A stretch of DNA of 64,000 bases from Camelus ferus (GCF_009834535.1 NC_045696.1:96536001-96600000); one strand, 5' to 3'. Counted from the first letter of the stretch, positions 13,027 to 26,750 are shown. Notes: generated by a model from the letters alone, not told the origin. Made by a program: numbers and translations.

Positions 13027-13163
13027 CTTTTTCTCTAATTTTTTTTGAGGAGGAAGATAATTAGGTTATTGATTTACTTATTTTTAGAAGAGGTACTGGG
13101 GATTGAACCCAGGATCTTGTGAATGCTAAGCATACGTTCTACCACTTAAGCTACACCCTCCCC
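13027..13163 (-). mobile_element. Camelid tRNA-Ala-derived SINE
   Basis: Reverse-complement SINE head with a perfect 15-bp TSD cagactctccagtga at 13012-13026 and 13164-13178. Confidence 0.92.
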
Positions 13164-13197
13164 CAGACTCTCCAGTGATTTTAAAATTCTCATTCAT

Positions 13198-13575
13198 CGT
13201 GGCAGAAATTGGTAGTTGTCCCGAAATATTCACTTCCCTCCTACAGTAATACAGTTACACTAATAGTTTTTATCTGGGCAGATGGTCCCCAGAAGATATT
13301 TCCCAGGCTCCCTTGCAGCAAGGCGTAGCCACGTGACACAGTTCCAGCCAATGGTATATGAGCAGAAGTGAGCAATGCAAACACCAAGCTGAGTCCTTGA
13401 GGGGACCCTTATTCTCTCCTCCCTTCCCACTGGTTTGACTGTGGATGGACACTGTGGAGATGGTCCATCTAGGCCCACATGGACAAGAGCAGCACCTTCA
13501 GGATGGTGGGTCAAAAAGATAGGAGACTGGGGCCCTTCACCCTGGTGCTGCTATCCCAGCCCTGGACCACTAGGT
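13198..13575 (+). mobile_element. MaLR LTR (MLT1J/K-like)
   Basis: atttcccaggctcccttgcagc...gccacgtgacacagttccagccaatgg...gagcagaagtga. Confidence 0.7.
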
Positions 13576-13959
13576 GAGCAAAAGCCACACATCATGCGTC
13601 CATTGCCTAAAAGGAAAAACTGTATTGGCTGTCTCACTATATACTTAGGACTGCCTAAGTTCTGGGAGGTAGGGCTATGGAGATAAAAGAAGTCATCCTT
13701 ACCTAAAAGAAGTTGTTAGCCTAGTGAGGAGGGAGACCATGAAAAATATTACACACACATACATCCACACACAAGTGTGACAAGTACTGTGACAATTAGA
13801 TACAGGTGCTAGGAGATTCCGTGTGAGAGGGCTTCCTGAAGGAGGTGACATCGATACTGATTTCTAAAGGAGAGGAGCCCATGGGGAATGAAGAGAAAAA
13901 GGAGCAGCATAAACAAAGACAATGAAGCAAGAGAGAGCAAGGTGCCTTTAGGTGAGAAG

Positions 13960-14180
13960 GCAGTGCAGCCCAGCAGTGACGGGCATGGGCTTGGTGGTCA
14001 GACCGCGCAGGTTCAGATCCTGGTTGAGCACTTATTAGCTACAGGACCTTAGGTGAGTGACGTACCCTCTGTGTGTCTACCTCCTAGAATTGTCCTCAGG
14101 ACTAAGTGAGATAACCCATGTAAAAATCCTTTGCACAGTGTTTGACTTAGGAGTACAAAACAAGCTCAGTAAATATAAGC
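13960..14180 (+). mobile_element. MIR SINE flanked by antisense L2 fragments (~13640-14400)
   Basis: ggttcagatcctggttgagcacttattagctacaggaccttaggtgagtgac...taagtgagataaccc. Confidence 0.6.
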
Positions 14181-16239
14181 TGAAAAAAAGAAAAAACTCG
14201 TTAGGTATCACTGGAGCCCAGTGGGGAGGGCTCCAGTGGGCAAAGTGAAGATTTATCAGAGGAGAGGCTAAAGGGACCATCTGTGACCAGATCATCAGAG
14301 TTCGGATGTCATCAGGAAGCCTAAAAGATTTTAAGCAGGAAGCTCACATGGTCAGGAAGATTTCTGCCTTCAAAGAGCTCAGTTTGACAGCAGAGTGACC
14401 CAGGAGCCACAAGGGGTCAGGCCTTCTTTCTAAATGAATCTCAGCTTTGCAGAAAGAAAAGCATTGCTCCACACATCGCACCCCCAGGCAAATATTTTTT
14501 ATGAATTGTAGATGGTGCAAATGGGTGGACTGAGTACTATAAACAGATGACCAACCTGGTAATGACAATTCACCACACCTTCTGGCAGGGCCTCACTGCC
14601 TCATCTCTGTCTAAAAGGAAAACTTCTATTGCTTTTGCCATTCTTATTCTGTAACAGCCTAAATTCCCACTTCCTGTCTTGCTAAGAAAAATCTCCATGG
14701 TCAGATGACCAAGAATATCATTTTCCACCTGAATGGGGTTAAGCCACTACAGAGGGCTCTCTCGTAGGCAGAGGTAAATTCACCGATATGCTTCTCAAGA
14801 TGGAATCTGACGTACTTTTTTAGTCTGATTTTTCCATGCAAGCATATCAAATAAATACTCAGGACTTGGCCCTTTTGTTTACATCCTTCAGAAAACCCAA
14901 GAGTACTGGTCAGCACTCTGGGAGCAGAGCTCTCCTGTGAGGGGCTACTGGGAAATATCTCCACCTGGTGTTGCACCGCCCAGCCCGTCAGGTAATGACT
15001 TTCATCCCTGCAGAAATAGTGAATACCAATAAAACTGTGATTCTTTTCCTTAGGTAGAGAACACCAAACAAGGTCTGCACACTGTCCTCTAAAGTTTCTG
15101 TACATCTGCACTAAGGGGGAATAAACAATACACGCAAATCCTTGCTGGAAGGTGGGGGCAGAGCTTTCTTTCCCAAATAAAATAAAATCGCCCTGAACCA
15201 AGATTTATTGGGATTTTTCCACGAGTAGTGAGTATAAGCAAATTCACCTGAGCCCTGGAAGCTTCCCTAGGAAGACAACAGGAAGCACTCGGAGAGCACC
15301 TCCATCGTCTGCCCAGGCCCCAGTTAGGTGGGCAGAGCCTCAGCTACAAAGGCACAGGGAGCCCCTGGTTTCTGATTATACCTTTTATAAATAATGGTGA
15401 TCGGGCACTGATGGAGAAGAAAATCGCTTAAAACGCACTAGGAGGCACACCAGGAATTCTCTGCCTCTGAAAAGGGTACATTCACCCGTCATAGGCTCCC
15501 TGCTGATCTCCCAGTCCCTGCCTAGGTGAATGTCTCACTTTTCATATGGGAATTCACTGCGAAGGGTCTGAATTACTGGAGACTGGGTCTTCTCTCCTCA
15601 TTAGTGGGGCAATCTCCTGTCGTGTCACACGCCTGGCTAACGTCCCATTACGGCTTCTCCATTACTTAGCTCTAATTATTCTAAATGAGTGTTTACCCAT
15701 GGCACACCAAGGAGGAAGGAGCGAAACCTCTTCTTATTCTTTGAATGTCTCATCTATTCCTTACCCTCAGAACATACCAGAGATAGGTGGCGTCGCTGCC
15801 CAGGACTCTACCTCTGACAAAACAGAGCATTGGCAGCGTGACCTTTCAGAGGTGGGGGACCAGGAAAACGAGACAAATTCGGTTGGTTACAACATCCCTT
15901 TGGCATGAGCTTACCAAACTTTTCAATGATTTCTGCATTTGAAAAGCAGAAATTGTTCACTCACAGATTGGGGGAAGCTTCGAGACTCTGGTTATAGTTC
16001 TTCAATGTCAGTTACTAGAACAGGAAAATGCCCAGAATATGCATATGTAGATTCATCCCATCTCCAAGTTATCTCTGAGGAATTCATGATTTATTATATG
16101 CTGCCACCATACTGAAGTTAATTATGTACATGTATTATTTCTTCTGCTAGATTGGAAAGTCTGGGAGGGCAGAGATAACATCTATTGCTTCTTTACTTTG
16201 GAGAACAAGCTGGAAAATAGAATCATGCACACCCAAATT

Positions 16240-16290
16240 TACACACGTGCATGCACATACAAACACACACACACATTCACACACACATAC
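16240..16290. repeat. Imperfect (CA)n microsatellite
   Basis: acacacgtgcatgcacatacaaacacacacacacattcacacacacatac. Confidence 0.8.
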
Positions 16291-17739
16291 ATTGTATACC
16301 CCACAGCCCAGCACAGTGCCTTTCCAATTACACTCTATTAAAAAAAAACTGTTCAAAGACTTAATGACAAAAGCAAGATATAAAACTGTCAGTACAGGTT
16401 ATTCCCAGTATTGTCAAATACAGCTACATAGAGATCCACGCATGATAAGTAGATAATTAGAAAACACCCAGTGTTAATACTTTCTGAGTAGAAGAATTTT
16501 TTGCCATTATTCACAAAATTTCCAAGTTTCTTTTTTCACAGTGAACATGTATAATTTTTGTAATTAGGAAAATGTTATTCTAAAAATATTTCTGTAACAA
16601 TCGTTAAAAAGATCTGCGTTATCATTTTCAAGATACTGAACACATCTGAGTTTGCACTGAGGGCGCAAGGGTTTAAAGGAGGAAAGGAGAATAGGATGAA
16701 GATTACATTACAGTCTGTGCTCCCCTGAGACTCCAGGATTTGCTGCCCTCTGAACATGACTGACCAGATGATTTTAGAAAGAACCCCCAATTCTACAATT
16801 AACACAAAGCCGCTGAAGCTCCAAACTGCAGATGCGTCTGGGTTCCTACCTAGCAGAGGCCTAAAGCTCTGATCCTGGGAAGGTGATGGAACTGGAAGAA
16901 TGCTAGGAACGGACACCCAGGGCCTGGGCCTCCGCTAGCATGGATGCCACCTCTGTGCAAATGACAGAAACCGCCCCCGAAGACGAGTTACATGAAGGCC
17001 CTTCCTTGCCAGGCTGCAGGCTTGGCGAGCCTGGGGTGGATGTCCTCCCTACTCTCACACCTGGCACCTCTGTACACGGCACAGATTGCCCTGTACAGTC
17101 TGCTGTAGACCTGGCCAGAGATCAGGACATCAGGAGATGCTGAGGACCAATGCCCAGCTGCAGATGAGCAGTCTTTGCAGCAGCGTGTGGACCTTTACAG
17201 ATAAACAAAGACCCTCCCTGGGAAACTAGAGCAGGGGTCATTTTAGGGCACCTGGTTTCTAGAGCCTATGCTTGCTTCTGTGCTCTGCTGAAACCCATCC
17301 ACCCTGGGGTGGGGTGAGGGGTAGGGGGTGCTACATCACAGCAGCCCCTCTCCCACACTGGCCCTCACCCATTCCAAAGCTGACAGTGCATTGCCCTAGG
17401 ATACAAAAGGACCTCTGAAGATATAAAAGGGGTGTCTTAATTAATTAATTAATCAGAACCCCATCACCCTTCCTGCCTTTCTCTGTGTTATACACTTCTA
17501 AGGTCAAAGGTGAAGCTCAGCCAGCTGCCTGGTATTGGCCAGCTGGTATTGGGCTGCCCCAAATTCAGAACAGTGAAGGCCAGTGGATTCGGGATTCTGT
17601 TACATAGAACCATAATTTTGAAATGTAACTGAGTATTTTGGCTTGTGTTGGGATGTTATGGATTAAGGTATATAGTAGAATGGAATGTGGGAATAATCAT
17701 TTTTATTTAACAATCTCTTTTCTTTTAATTTGGAAACAC

Positions 17740-18635
17740 TAAACTTTTTATTATGGAAATTTCCAAACATATACAAAAATAGAGAATAGTGTGATAAACC
17801 AAGTACCCATTACCCAGCTTCCATAACAGTCAGCATCTTTCCACCCTTGTTTCATTCATTTTCCTACACACATGTACACAGACATACACACAAACACACA
17901 CACACACTTTACTCTTGGTGGGGAAGGAGTATTTAAAGCAAACACTATACTTTACGTATCATATTACCTGTAGCTTTTTCTGTACATATTCTCAGCAGAT
18001 ACATCTTTCTATACCTTTCTGTAAATATAACCACAATGTCATGATCATGATAATAATTCCCTATTATAATGATTCTTTAATATCATTTAATACCTAGGCC
18101 AGATTTAAATTTTCCTAATTATCCTCATCTCAAAAGTGTCTTTTTTTCTAGGTGATTTGTTGGAGTTAAGATCCAAACAAAATTCATGCATTGCATTTGA
18201 CTGCATTCAACCTATTTTAATCTATAAGTTTCCATTTCTCGTTTTTCCCCTCTGACACTTACTGAAAGAAATGGACTATTTTTCCCATAGAATTCTCTTC
18301 CTTTTTATAACTATATAGTATTCCATCGCATGGGTACCATAGTTATTCAACTAGTCTTTTATTTTTGACATTTGCATTCTCTCCATTTGCACTTAACAGT
18401 TTAGCGCGGCAAAAGTTTTTGTGTATTTATCACTTCGTATTTTTGCAGGTGACCCGTTAAAGTGGATTTCTGGGATAGTAGGTAAATGCATATGTTTTAA
18501 GATTCTGTCAACTCCTCTCCATAGGGGTTGTGTCATTTTGTATTTCTACCCCAGCAATGTAAGAGTTTCTGTTCCCATAGCCTTGTCAACAGAATTGTCA
18601 CACTTTGAAAAAAATTTTTGTTAATTTTGCATCTT
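17740..18635 (-). mobile_element. Old L1 (L1ME-like) 3' region, antisense
   Basis: tttttattatggaaatttccaaacatatacaaaaatagagaatagtg...; tatatagtattccatcgcatgg; cccagcaatgtaagagtttctgtt. Confidence 0.7.
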
Positions 18636-18653
18636 GGCAGAATGGGTTTTGTT

Positions 18654-18858
18654 ATTTATTTATTTATTTAACTGAGGTATAGTTGATTTACAATGTTGTT
18701 TTAGTTTCAAGTATACAGCAAAGTGATTCAGTTATACATACATATATTCTTTTTAAGATTATTTTTCATTATACATTATTACAAGATATTGAATATAGTT
18801 CCCTGTGCTATACAGTAGGTTCTGGTTTTCTATTTATTTTGTGCATAGTAGTGTGTAT
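18654..18858 (-). mobile_element. Lineage-specific (cetartiodactyl/camelid) L1 3' end, 5'-truncated
   Basis: gtatagttgatttacaatgttg...gatattgaatatagttccctgtgctatacagtagg. TSD agaatgggttttgtt (18639-53) / agaatggtttttgtt (18859-73). Confidence 0.88.
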
Positions 18859-19729
18859 AGAATGGTTTTTGTTTTTATTTTTTTCTGTCTTGAGTTTTGT
18901 CTTCAGCCATCTCAAGAGGTGGCTATCTTAAACCCCCACATCACTAACATTTGGAGGAGATGTCCTCTCTACACATCGCTGCCACGTTGAGGCCAGTGTT
19001 CCTCCCGCTTCCCTGAATCCCCAGCTCTGAATCTCATCACCTACTCACCCAGCCCACATGCCAGGTCTCTCCACCTCACCTCTCCAGGAGTTTGATCCCT
19101 CTTGGTGCAGTTTTACCTTGCATTTCTCTTATTTTGGATAAAACTAAGCATTTTTCCTTATGACTAGAAGCAATCTGCAACCCTTTTTTCTGTGGACTGT
19201 TTGTTCAGATCTTTTGTCATTTTTTTCCCAGCCTATTTTCAAAGGATGAATCATCCAAGGGAGAATTTCATGACAGCAAAGCAAAGAGAGCATCAATTAG
19301 AAATCCTGAATGCTAAAAATAACTTTTTTTCATGTATTTAAACACAAGCAAATATTTTCTGCTATTCTCAATACTCATGCCTAGAACTTGTCATTAGTTG
19401 GAAAGAAAAGCAACTTTGAGCAGCCAAAACAGTAGCGATTACTGATGGTGAATATTCTCCAGATTTGTCAGTTTTTCAAGACACTTTGGAATTAACCTAT
19501 GGGTAACATTTTCTCAGATTCAACGTATATTGTTAACAGTCTACTTAAAACATATTTTACTATATATCATGAAATGTTTAGTTTAATTAGAGTAAAATCT
19601 CATTATTTCATTTTATAAAATGTTTAATATTTTAAAACTCCTATTAGTAAGAAATAAAATTATATGCTAGCTCCTGGACCAATTAGGTTTTAGTATTATT
19701 TGCCTTTCTCTTTCATAAAATAAACTGGA

Positions 19730-19867
19730 GGGGGAGGGGATAGCTCAGTGGTAGAGTGCATGCCTAGCATGCATGAAGTCTGGGGTTCAATTCTCAGTAC
19801 CTCTACTAAATAAATAAACCTAATTACCTCCCTTCATTAAAAAAAATTAAAATGAAATAAAATAAAC
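19730..19867 (+). mobile_element. Camelid tRNA-Ala-derived SINE
   Basis: atagctcagtggtagagtgcatgcctagcatgcatg head. TSD taaactgga (19721-29 / 19868-76). Confidence 0.9.
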
Positions 19868-20132
19868 TAAACTGGAAAAGTCTGATTATAGTGTTCAAAA
19901 ATTACCAAAGTTATTTCAGATTATTATGCTAAATTCCACCATAATTATTCTCTAAGGCAGAACACTGGTGTTCCTATGTGCTCCCACACTCATTACAGGA
20001 GAAATACCCTGCCTTTATCAAACTATGTACTGGCTTCAACAATAAAATAAATTATGATGTAAACCACAAACTGCATTATTGCAAAATTTTTGAAAATAGC
20101 ATATTGATTCTAATTTATTTTTATAACTTACT

Positions 20133-21185
20133 ATATCAATCAGGGTTCTAGCAAAGAAACAGGACCACTAAGATGGGGTTTCTTATAGAAATTGGACCCC
20201 ATGCAATTTTGGGAGTTGGTTGAGTAGTCTTTGTAAATGTATTAGACAGGGTTCTCCAGAGAAGCAGAACTGCTAGGCTAGATATAGATGTAGATAGCAA
20301 TTCACATAGGTAAGAGATTTATTATAGGAATTGCCTCATGCAGTTATCCAGGCTGAGAAATCAGTCCCACAACTACCATCTGCAAACTGGACACCCAGGA
20401 AAGCTGGTGGTGTAATTCGGTCTGAGTCCAAAGTCCTGAGAATCAAGGGCTAATGGTGTAAATCCTACTCTAAGGCCAAAAACCTACGAACCAGGAGCAC
20501 CAAATTCCCAGAGCAGGAGAAAGTGAACATCTTAGCTCAAGCAAAGAAGAGTGAATTCTCCCTCCTGCCGCCTTTTTGTTCTGTTCAGGCCCTCAGTCCA
20601 CTGGATGAGGCTCACCCACACTGGGGACGACCATCTGCTTTACTCAGTTCCCAGTTTGAGAGCTAATCCTCCCAGAAGCACCCTGGTAGACCCCCACCCC
20701 CTGGGCAATAATGTTTTTCCAGTTATCTGGTCATCCCTTAACGGAGCTAAATTGACACACAAAATTAACTATCGCAATAAGGATTTGTCTTCCTGACTGA
20801 TGCCGGACAGGCAGTCAGGATGGATGTAAAGCTGGGGAGAGCAGGAACATGTTGGATCCCACAAAGACAGACCAAAACCTACATCAGCTCGTGTTGCCTC
20901 TGACCTTAATGGCATCCTGCAGAAGCCAAAGTTTTCCTTGTGCAGCCGAACACACGTCCCTGCCCAGCAGTCAGAAAAGCTAAAGTAGACCCAGCTGCTG
21001 CCTCTTGCCAATGAAGTGAAGCAGCAGATAAATGATAACCTGTACGAGCGACAAACTGGCAGCTGCCTGATGATCACCCTCCATATCCACCGAGAATCTC
21101 CCTGGGGGTGCACCCCAATGCAGGAAACGGAATTGTAGGCAATGTATTTCGGCCTAGCCAATATGACACGTTTCAAAGCCACACA
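20133..21185 (-). mobile_element. ERVL LTR (older MLT2-type), split by a second MLT2 LTR
   Basis: tcagggttctagcaaagaaacagga...tgggagttggttgagtagtctttgtaa // taaggatttgtcttc...ctagccaatatgacac. Confidence 0.7.
20238..20776 (-). mobile_element. ERVL solo LTR (MLT2B-like) nested in the older MLT2 LTR
   Basis: tgtattagacagggttctccagagaagcagaac ... aaattgacacacaaaattaactatcgca, with a degenerate 5-bp TSD gtaaa/ataag. Confidence 0.85.
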
Positions 21186-21600
21186 GTCTACTTTTTGTCA
21201 GCTTGGCACTCGCGCATGTATCCTTAACCATACTCAACCTCCAAAGACAAAAGCAAAGTCATACGTTCGCCTAATGTCTTACGACTATCCCACACACAAC
21301 CAAAACTTCACCAATCCTTTCCCCAGGAAGGGATGCAAAGTCCCCTTTTTTGTTCCTGGGTGATGTTCATTCTCCCAGCTGATTCAATGCCCCTTTGGCT
21401 CTCCTGTAACTTACACACTAAGATATAAAGTTAAATACTATGGACACATTTTAGGGTAGACGACAAAAGAATAAGAAGGGAAGAAAACCAAAAATATTTG
21501 GTTGATATATATCAAAAATAAGAAACACACGTAATTATTACATTTTTGCAACTGAGCTTATAGTTCTTACCTTTCACATTCCCAGTGCTCTCAGCAAACA
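21186..21600 (-). mobile_element. ERVL internal 3' sequence adjoining the MLT2 LTR
   Basis: agtctactttttgtcagcttggcac directly after the LTR resembles the antisense ERVL PPT junction (agtccaccccttgtcaacttggcac). Confidence 0.6.
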
Positions 21601-21849
21601 CCCCAGCTAATAATGGTTCCTTACCCGGGTTGGGTGGAGAAATCAATTCCACCAGGTTTATGTGATTTAAACAATCACATCACTGCTTTCACAGTCTACC
21701 TTGCGAGTTCTCTCTCAGCGGCTCTTGTAACATACCTTAAAGTGTACAGAATTCAAAGAACTGAATGTCATTGCTATAGAGAGACTCCTTCCACTCCCAT
21801 CTTCTTATATACATGAATAAATGTTCTCATTTCTCATATCAATAAAAAT

Positions 21850-22550
21850 TTAAAAGGGAAAGTATTTGACGCTAAACCTTGTCTCATTCTAGAAATAAAC
21901 AATATTCATCCAGATACATGAATTAATTGAAAAAAATCATTGTTTATTTCTAAGTCACGTTTAAATTTTCTTTGGCACATTTATCAAAATGTATAATATG
22001 TTTATGTTATTTTGATCAAGAAAATAACTCTAATGATAACCCAATCTGAATAATGATTTTAACATTTAGAGCCTTAGAGAATAAACTGAATTATAAAGCT
22101 TTTATTTACATACATACATTTGTTGCAGAAAATACAATAGGGCAATCAATAAAAGACTCTCCAGCATGAAAATATATTATGTTAGAATAAAATTTTGTAG
22201 GGTAAGGGAAATGGAAATGCAGGTTCAAGGAGAAAAAGTAAAGAAATAAAACGTCCTACTTTAAATATCACAGAAGTGCTTTTATAGGAAAGAGAAGCTT
22301 GTTCATGTGTTTTTTTAAAAAAGGAGAGCAAGCACCCAATCATTGTTGTATTTAGATCCCACTGGATATATTTAAAAGATCGATACATCAGTTTTAACTT
22401 TAAATGTTAATAATTACTACATGCCAAGACATTAAATCCTTTGTTATTATATGAATCTGTGAAGAAAATTTTCAGATGTCAACTTCAAAGTGTTCAATCG
22501 GTACATAATTTCTCAAAAAAGTTTGCTTGGGTGTATCTCAGCAAAAAAAT
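21850..22550. mobile_element. hAT-Charlie-type DNA transposon remnant
   Basis: AT-rich body with agcttgttcatgtg...tatttagatcccactggatatatttaaaag...ttcagatgtcaactt...agcaaaaaaa near the terminus. Confidence 0.55.
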
Positions 22551-24484
22551 GGCATTATTAGCTAACACCTTCTGAGCTGCTACTACTTACCAGACACTAT
22601 ACTAAGCTTTCTTGTAATTTAATAGTCTGGTGACAGCCGTGTGAGGTAGGTATTATTATCCTACAGAAGAGGAAGCCAGGGTGTGAGAGGTCTCATGTCA
22701 TCTGTAGTTTGCTTTAAAATATTTCCACATACACAGTGTGCTATAAATATATGTATTAGTCAGTTTGGGCTATACCCTTGTGACAGTCATGCCCTAATCA
22801 GGAATATACACTCCAGGGGTGGTTTGTTGGCATTTAATCAGAAGGCCCCACTCCAGAGGGGGCTGCTATAAGCCCAGCTATTTTTATCTCTCACCAGCAC
22901 TTGAAGTTTTTTCATTAGCATAATGGATATTTAAAACGAGTTTCCATTGGTAAAATTAACAGTTTGTTCAACATATGTAGATGAATAAAATAATCTAAAG
23001 AATCCACTGGCATGAATGGCAGATAAGAAACTTAACTCTTTTCAATGACCCCCCCCCCCCAGGGTTGATCAAGCCTTATAAAAGGTCCTGTGTGCACCTG
23101 CTGATTCCAGAGGATTCTGGGTTGCCTGACTCCAACAAAAGAACTCACAGAATCCTGCCACTAGACTACAGCTGCGTTTACCTCAGATGTGACTTTCATG
23201 TAAGGAGCACAACTGGGAATCAAGAGCTAGGATTCCAACAACCTTACTGAACAGGGAGTACGCACATTCGCACATACTTGTTAGTAAATGTCCACGTGTA
23301 GCAGAAGTCAGCCTGAGACCTCTTTTCCCCTAGAGGGGTTGCAGTAGTTCACATAACATGGTCCCCCCCACTCCAAATATCAAAGAGTGCCTGCCATCCA
23401 CCAAAAGAACTTTGTGCTTTGCCCACCTGGGTTAGGTATGTTGGCAGAAAAGGTTCAGAAACCCAGATCAGAACCTGGGCTTGTCTGCCCTCCTAACCGC
23501 CCTGCTCCACTGCCTCCCACGGAACTCACGGTTGCAGGAATGGAGTAGGAGTTCATGGTGCTAGATGGCTGATATGTAATCTTCAAATGCCTCCTTCCAG
23601 GCAAGTTTCAGGCTCAGTTGAGGTTTGCTCCAGAAAAGCAACCGTTCAAGAAGTTTAACCAAGTATTGCTAAATTGAAATTCCTTTCCCCTAACTCAGCT
23701 AGAAGTGGGCCTCCACACTGTTCAGCAACACAGATAACCACACAGAACCATGGCAAGTGGCCCTAGAGGGGAAACGCTAATTCTTGAGGTGTTGCAATTG
23801 TCACTTAAGCAAAGATAGCTGCCGTGACTTCATCTTTTAAGATTCTTCACTTTCATTGGAGTCCCAGCCCTGATATGAAGAAATATAACCAGTTTACTGA
23901 GGAGCCTACCCTTGCTAGTAACACAAACATGAAATAGTTGTGGTTTTTCTTTTTTTCATCACTGAACACCAACTGTCAAATGTGGACACCTCTGTCCCTA
24001 CTAGCTAGCATGACATCTTGGGCAGACCTAGCTTTCTAGTTATCAAAAGTTATTTGCAAGTCCATGCAGTGTATACCTCCCTGTCTTACTATGTTTGATG
24101 CCAAGCTCTCTCTTCCAAACAACTGATCAGGCTGTGACTCCAGGGGCTGACGTGGGAAGAGTTGGGAGTCTGCTCTCTCTCCTGCTCCCATGTAGAGTTG
24201 GGAGATCTGGCTCCCAGCCCACTTCATCCAGTCCCTTACTTCCTGCTCCTGGAAGTCCTGCCCAGAGCTTCTTACTTTCTAGATCCCCTTCACCAAGTGG
24301 GCAGCTCTCTGAATGCCCCTGGGAACTCTCACATCCTTGTCTAAACCACTAGACCTCTACCCCGTGGCCACACCTCTCTTGACCTCCACATCCCTCTCCA
24401 TCTCTTTTTTTGCCTTGCTCAGGTAGGTGGAGGGCAGTTCAACCAGTCCTGGGCCAAAGTTGATGTCCAGTCAAGAACTATGAC

Positions 24485-24862
24485 TGTGATTGGCTGAATA
24501 ATGGCCTCCCAAGATGTCCATGTTCTAATTTATGGAACCAGTGAATATGTTACCTTACATGGTAGGTAAGTCTCTTTGACTTTGCAGTTAGAGTTCGGTG
24601 AAGGATCCTGAGATGGGGAGATTACCCTGGATTATCCAGGTAGCTCCAATGTAATCACGTGGATCCTAATGAGGGCGGAGGGTCAAAATCAGGAGAAGAC
24701 CACGCGGTGATGGAACCAGGGTGAGAGAAGAACACGCCAACACCTTGACTTAAGCCTCAGAGACTGATCTCAGACTTCCAAAGCTGTTAAAGCATAAACC
24801 TGCACTGCTTTAAGCTACTCATTTGTAGTAATTTGTTATGCCAGTAATAGAAAACTAATACA
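24485..24862 (+). mobile_element. MaLR solo LTR (MLT1D-like, internally deleted)
   Basis: tgtgattggctgaataatggcc...gagattaccctggattatccagg...aaactaataca with TG..CA ends. TSD atgac/gtgac. Confidence 0.88.
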
Positions 24863-26604
24863 GTGACCACCCACCCTTCCTGCAGGACCTGTCTTTACAA
24901 GTGACCCCCTTGCGATCCCTTCTCTTGACTGTAAAGTTACACAACAACCTCCCATCCCCATAAACTGATGGTTCACAACTTGGCTTTCTGTGCTGGCTGC
25001 CCACCTCTCACCCTCACTCCTACCCCCAGCAGCAGTCTTTAGCCTATAGATGGGGGGAGCACTGAGGTGATGGCTGGGGTTGGCCGGTGATTGGCCCCAA
25101 TTTTTAGAGGCTCCTTGGCACCTTTCTGTAGAATGTGGGGAGCACAAGGCTCCTATGTTTTCGGCTTTGGCCCTGGCCATCAACTCCCAGGCTAAGGAAA
25201 AGTCCCACTCAGTATCTTGTTAGTTTGGGGGTCTGATCCTGAAGCCGTAGGGGCCACAGCACTTTCCTCTGAGAAATCTGATGTTCTGCAGGGTTAGATC
25301 CCACTTCCCTCACTCCGTATCTGGCGCCTTTATACGAATTTAGGATCCTTCATTATGAGGAAGAATTAAAGTGCCTATTACAGCGCAGCGTGTTAACTCA
25401 TTCCTTGTAATCAGATTCTAAAGGATTAACAACAAGGTCTGGTTTCCCTTTGTGCTCCTGGTACCTTGCTTCACCTCACATCCAGCCCACAGTAGTTCAA
25501 TTCAGCAATTAGAACCAAGATTACCCAAAGCTATGTGATGTGTGTGCTTGCGGAAATTCATTCTACCACTAAAGTGGTTTCCCAGGGCCTCACCCTCACC
25601 CTCTGCCCTTTACTGACTAGCGTATCACTTAGGATATATTCCACTGCAAGTAATCAAAAAAACACTGCCAAATAGTAGCATCCATTAATAGGGAGCTGGT
25701 TAAGTAAACTGAGGTATATCCACCACTGTGGTCTAAAAGTATCTCACTCCAAATTCATATGCTGAAATCCTTATGCCCAGTTGCTGCCCGAGCTGTGCAA
25801 GGGGGGCTGTTTGAGAACATAAGGCTGGAGCCTTTGCAGCAGGATGTTTGTGCCTTTTGGTTGGAAGAACTTAACACAGGCTGCCACGGCTGGCAGGAGG
25901 GATCACACAAATTAAAATCTTTACACTGTGGGTCAACAAAAATAAAAGCCTTTACTGCAGGTGACATGTTTGCCAACCCGGTTCCTGGACACCAGAGGCC
26001 TCAGAGCCTGACTACAGCAGTGCGGGAGGAGCCCCTGGGAAGTTAATGGGAGAAAACTCACCCAAGGTAGTGCAGCTCCCCCAAGGTAGGGCTGATCTCA
26101 ACATTCTCACATATTCTGTGTGCACAGAGGTTGCACTACCCCAGGTCCTAATCTGAGAGTCTAAGGGAGTCCCCAGAAGTGTGACTGTGAAAATAGTGCC
26201 AGTATCTAGACATTAGGAATCGAAAGTAAAAAAGAGTTTGCTACCCTGACACCGTGTATTCAGATCTATTTCTTTGGAGAATTCTTCTGGAATACTTAAA
26301 GCAATCGTCTAGATTTGATGTGAGGTCAATTTTTTTCCAAAGTAAACTTGATATGGTTGTATTTCTTTTCTTTTTCAAAACTGGGGTGGCAAAGGTGGAT
26401 TCTACAGGTACATTCTGTACTAATAACATACTTGTGCAATAATACCACATTGTACTGCTGTTTATTGAGCACTTACTAAGGGCTTTGCATATTTGACCTT
26501 ATTTAATCTTCATAACAACCATATAAAGTACTTTTGTCCCTAAAGCAAAGAGGAAAAGAGATGAGCTTTAAAAGGATCAAATCATTGCCTGAGACCACTC
26601 AGCC

Positions 26605-26750
26605 ACAGTATTTCATCAAATCTAAGGTGCCATGTTATTTTAAATACCACTAAGGATGAAAAAAATGCTGCTAATTAAACTGTGATGCACCATTGATTAT
26701 AAGACACTTCACAAGCCAGAGATGCTAAATGTGATAAGATGTGGGTCTAG
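26605..26750. mobile_element. TcMar-Tc2 MITE (MER104-like), next to a MIR at ~26440-26604
   Basis: cagtatttcatcaaatctaagg...taccactaag...tgctaattaaactgtga...gattataagacac. Confidence 0.55.

Noticed and set aside
14701..15201. 166-aa minus-strand ORF
   Set aside because: Non-ATG start and no recognisable protein similarity or convincing exon structure.
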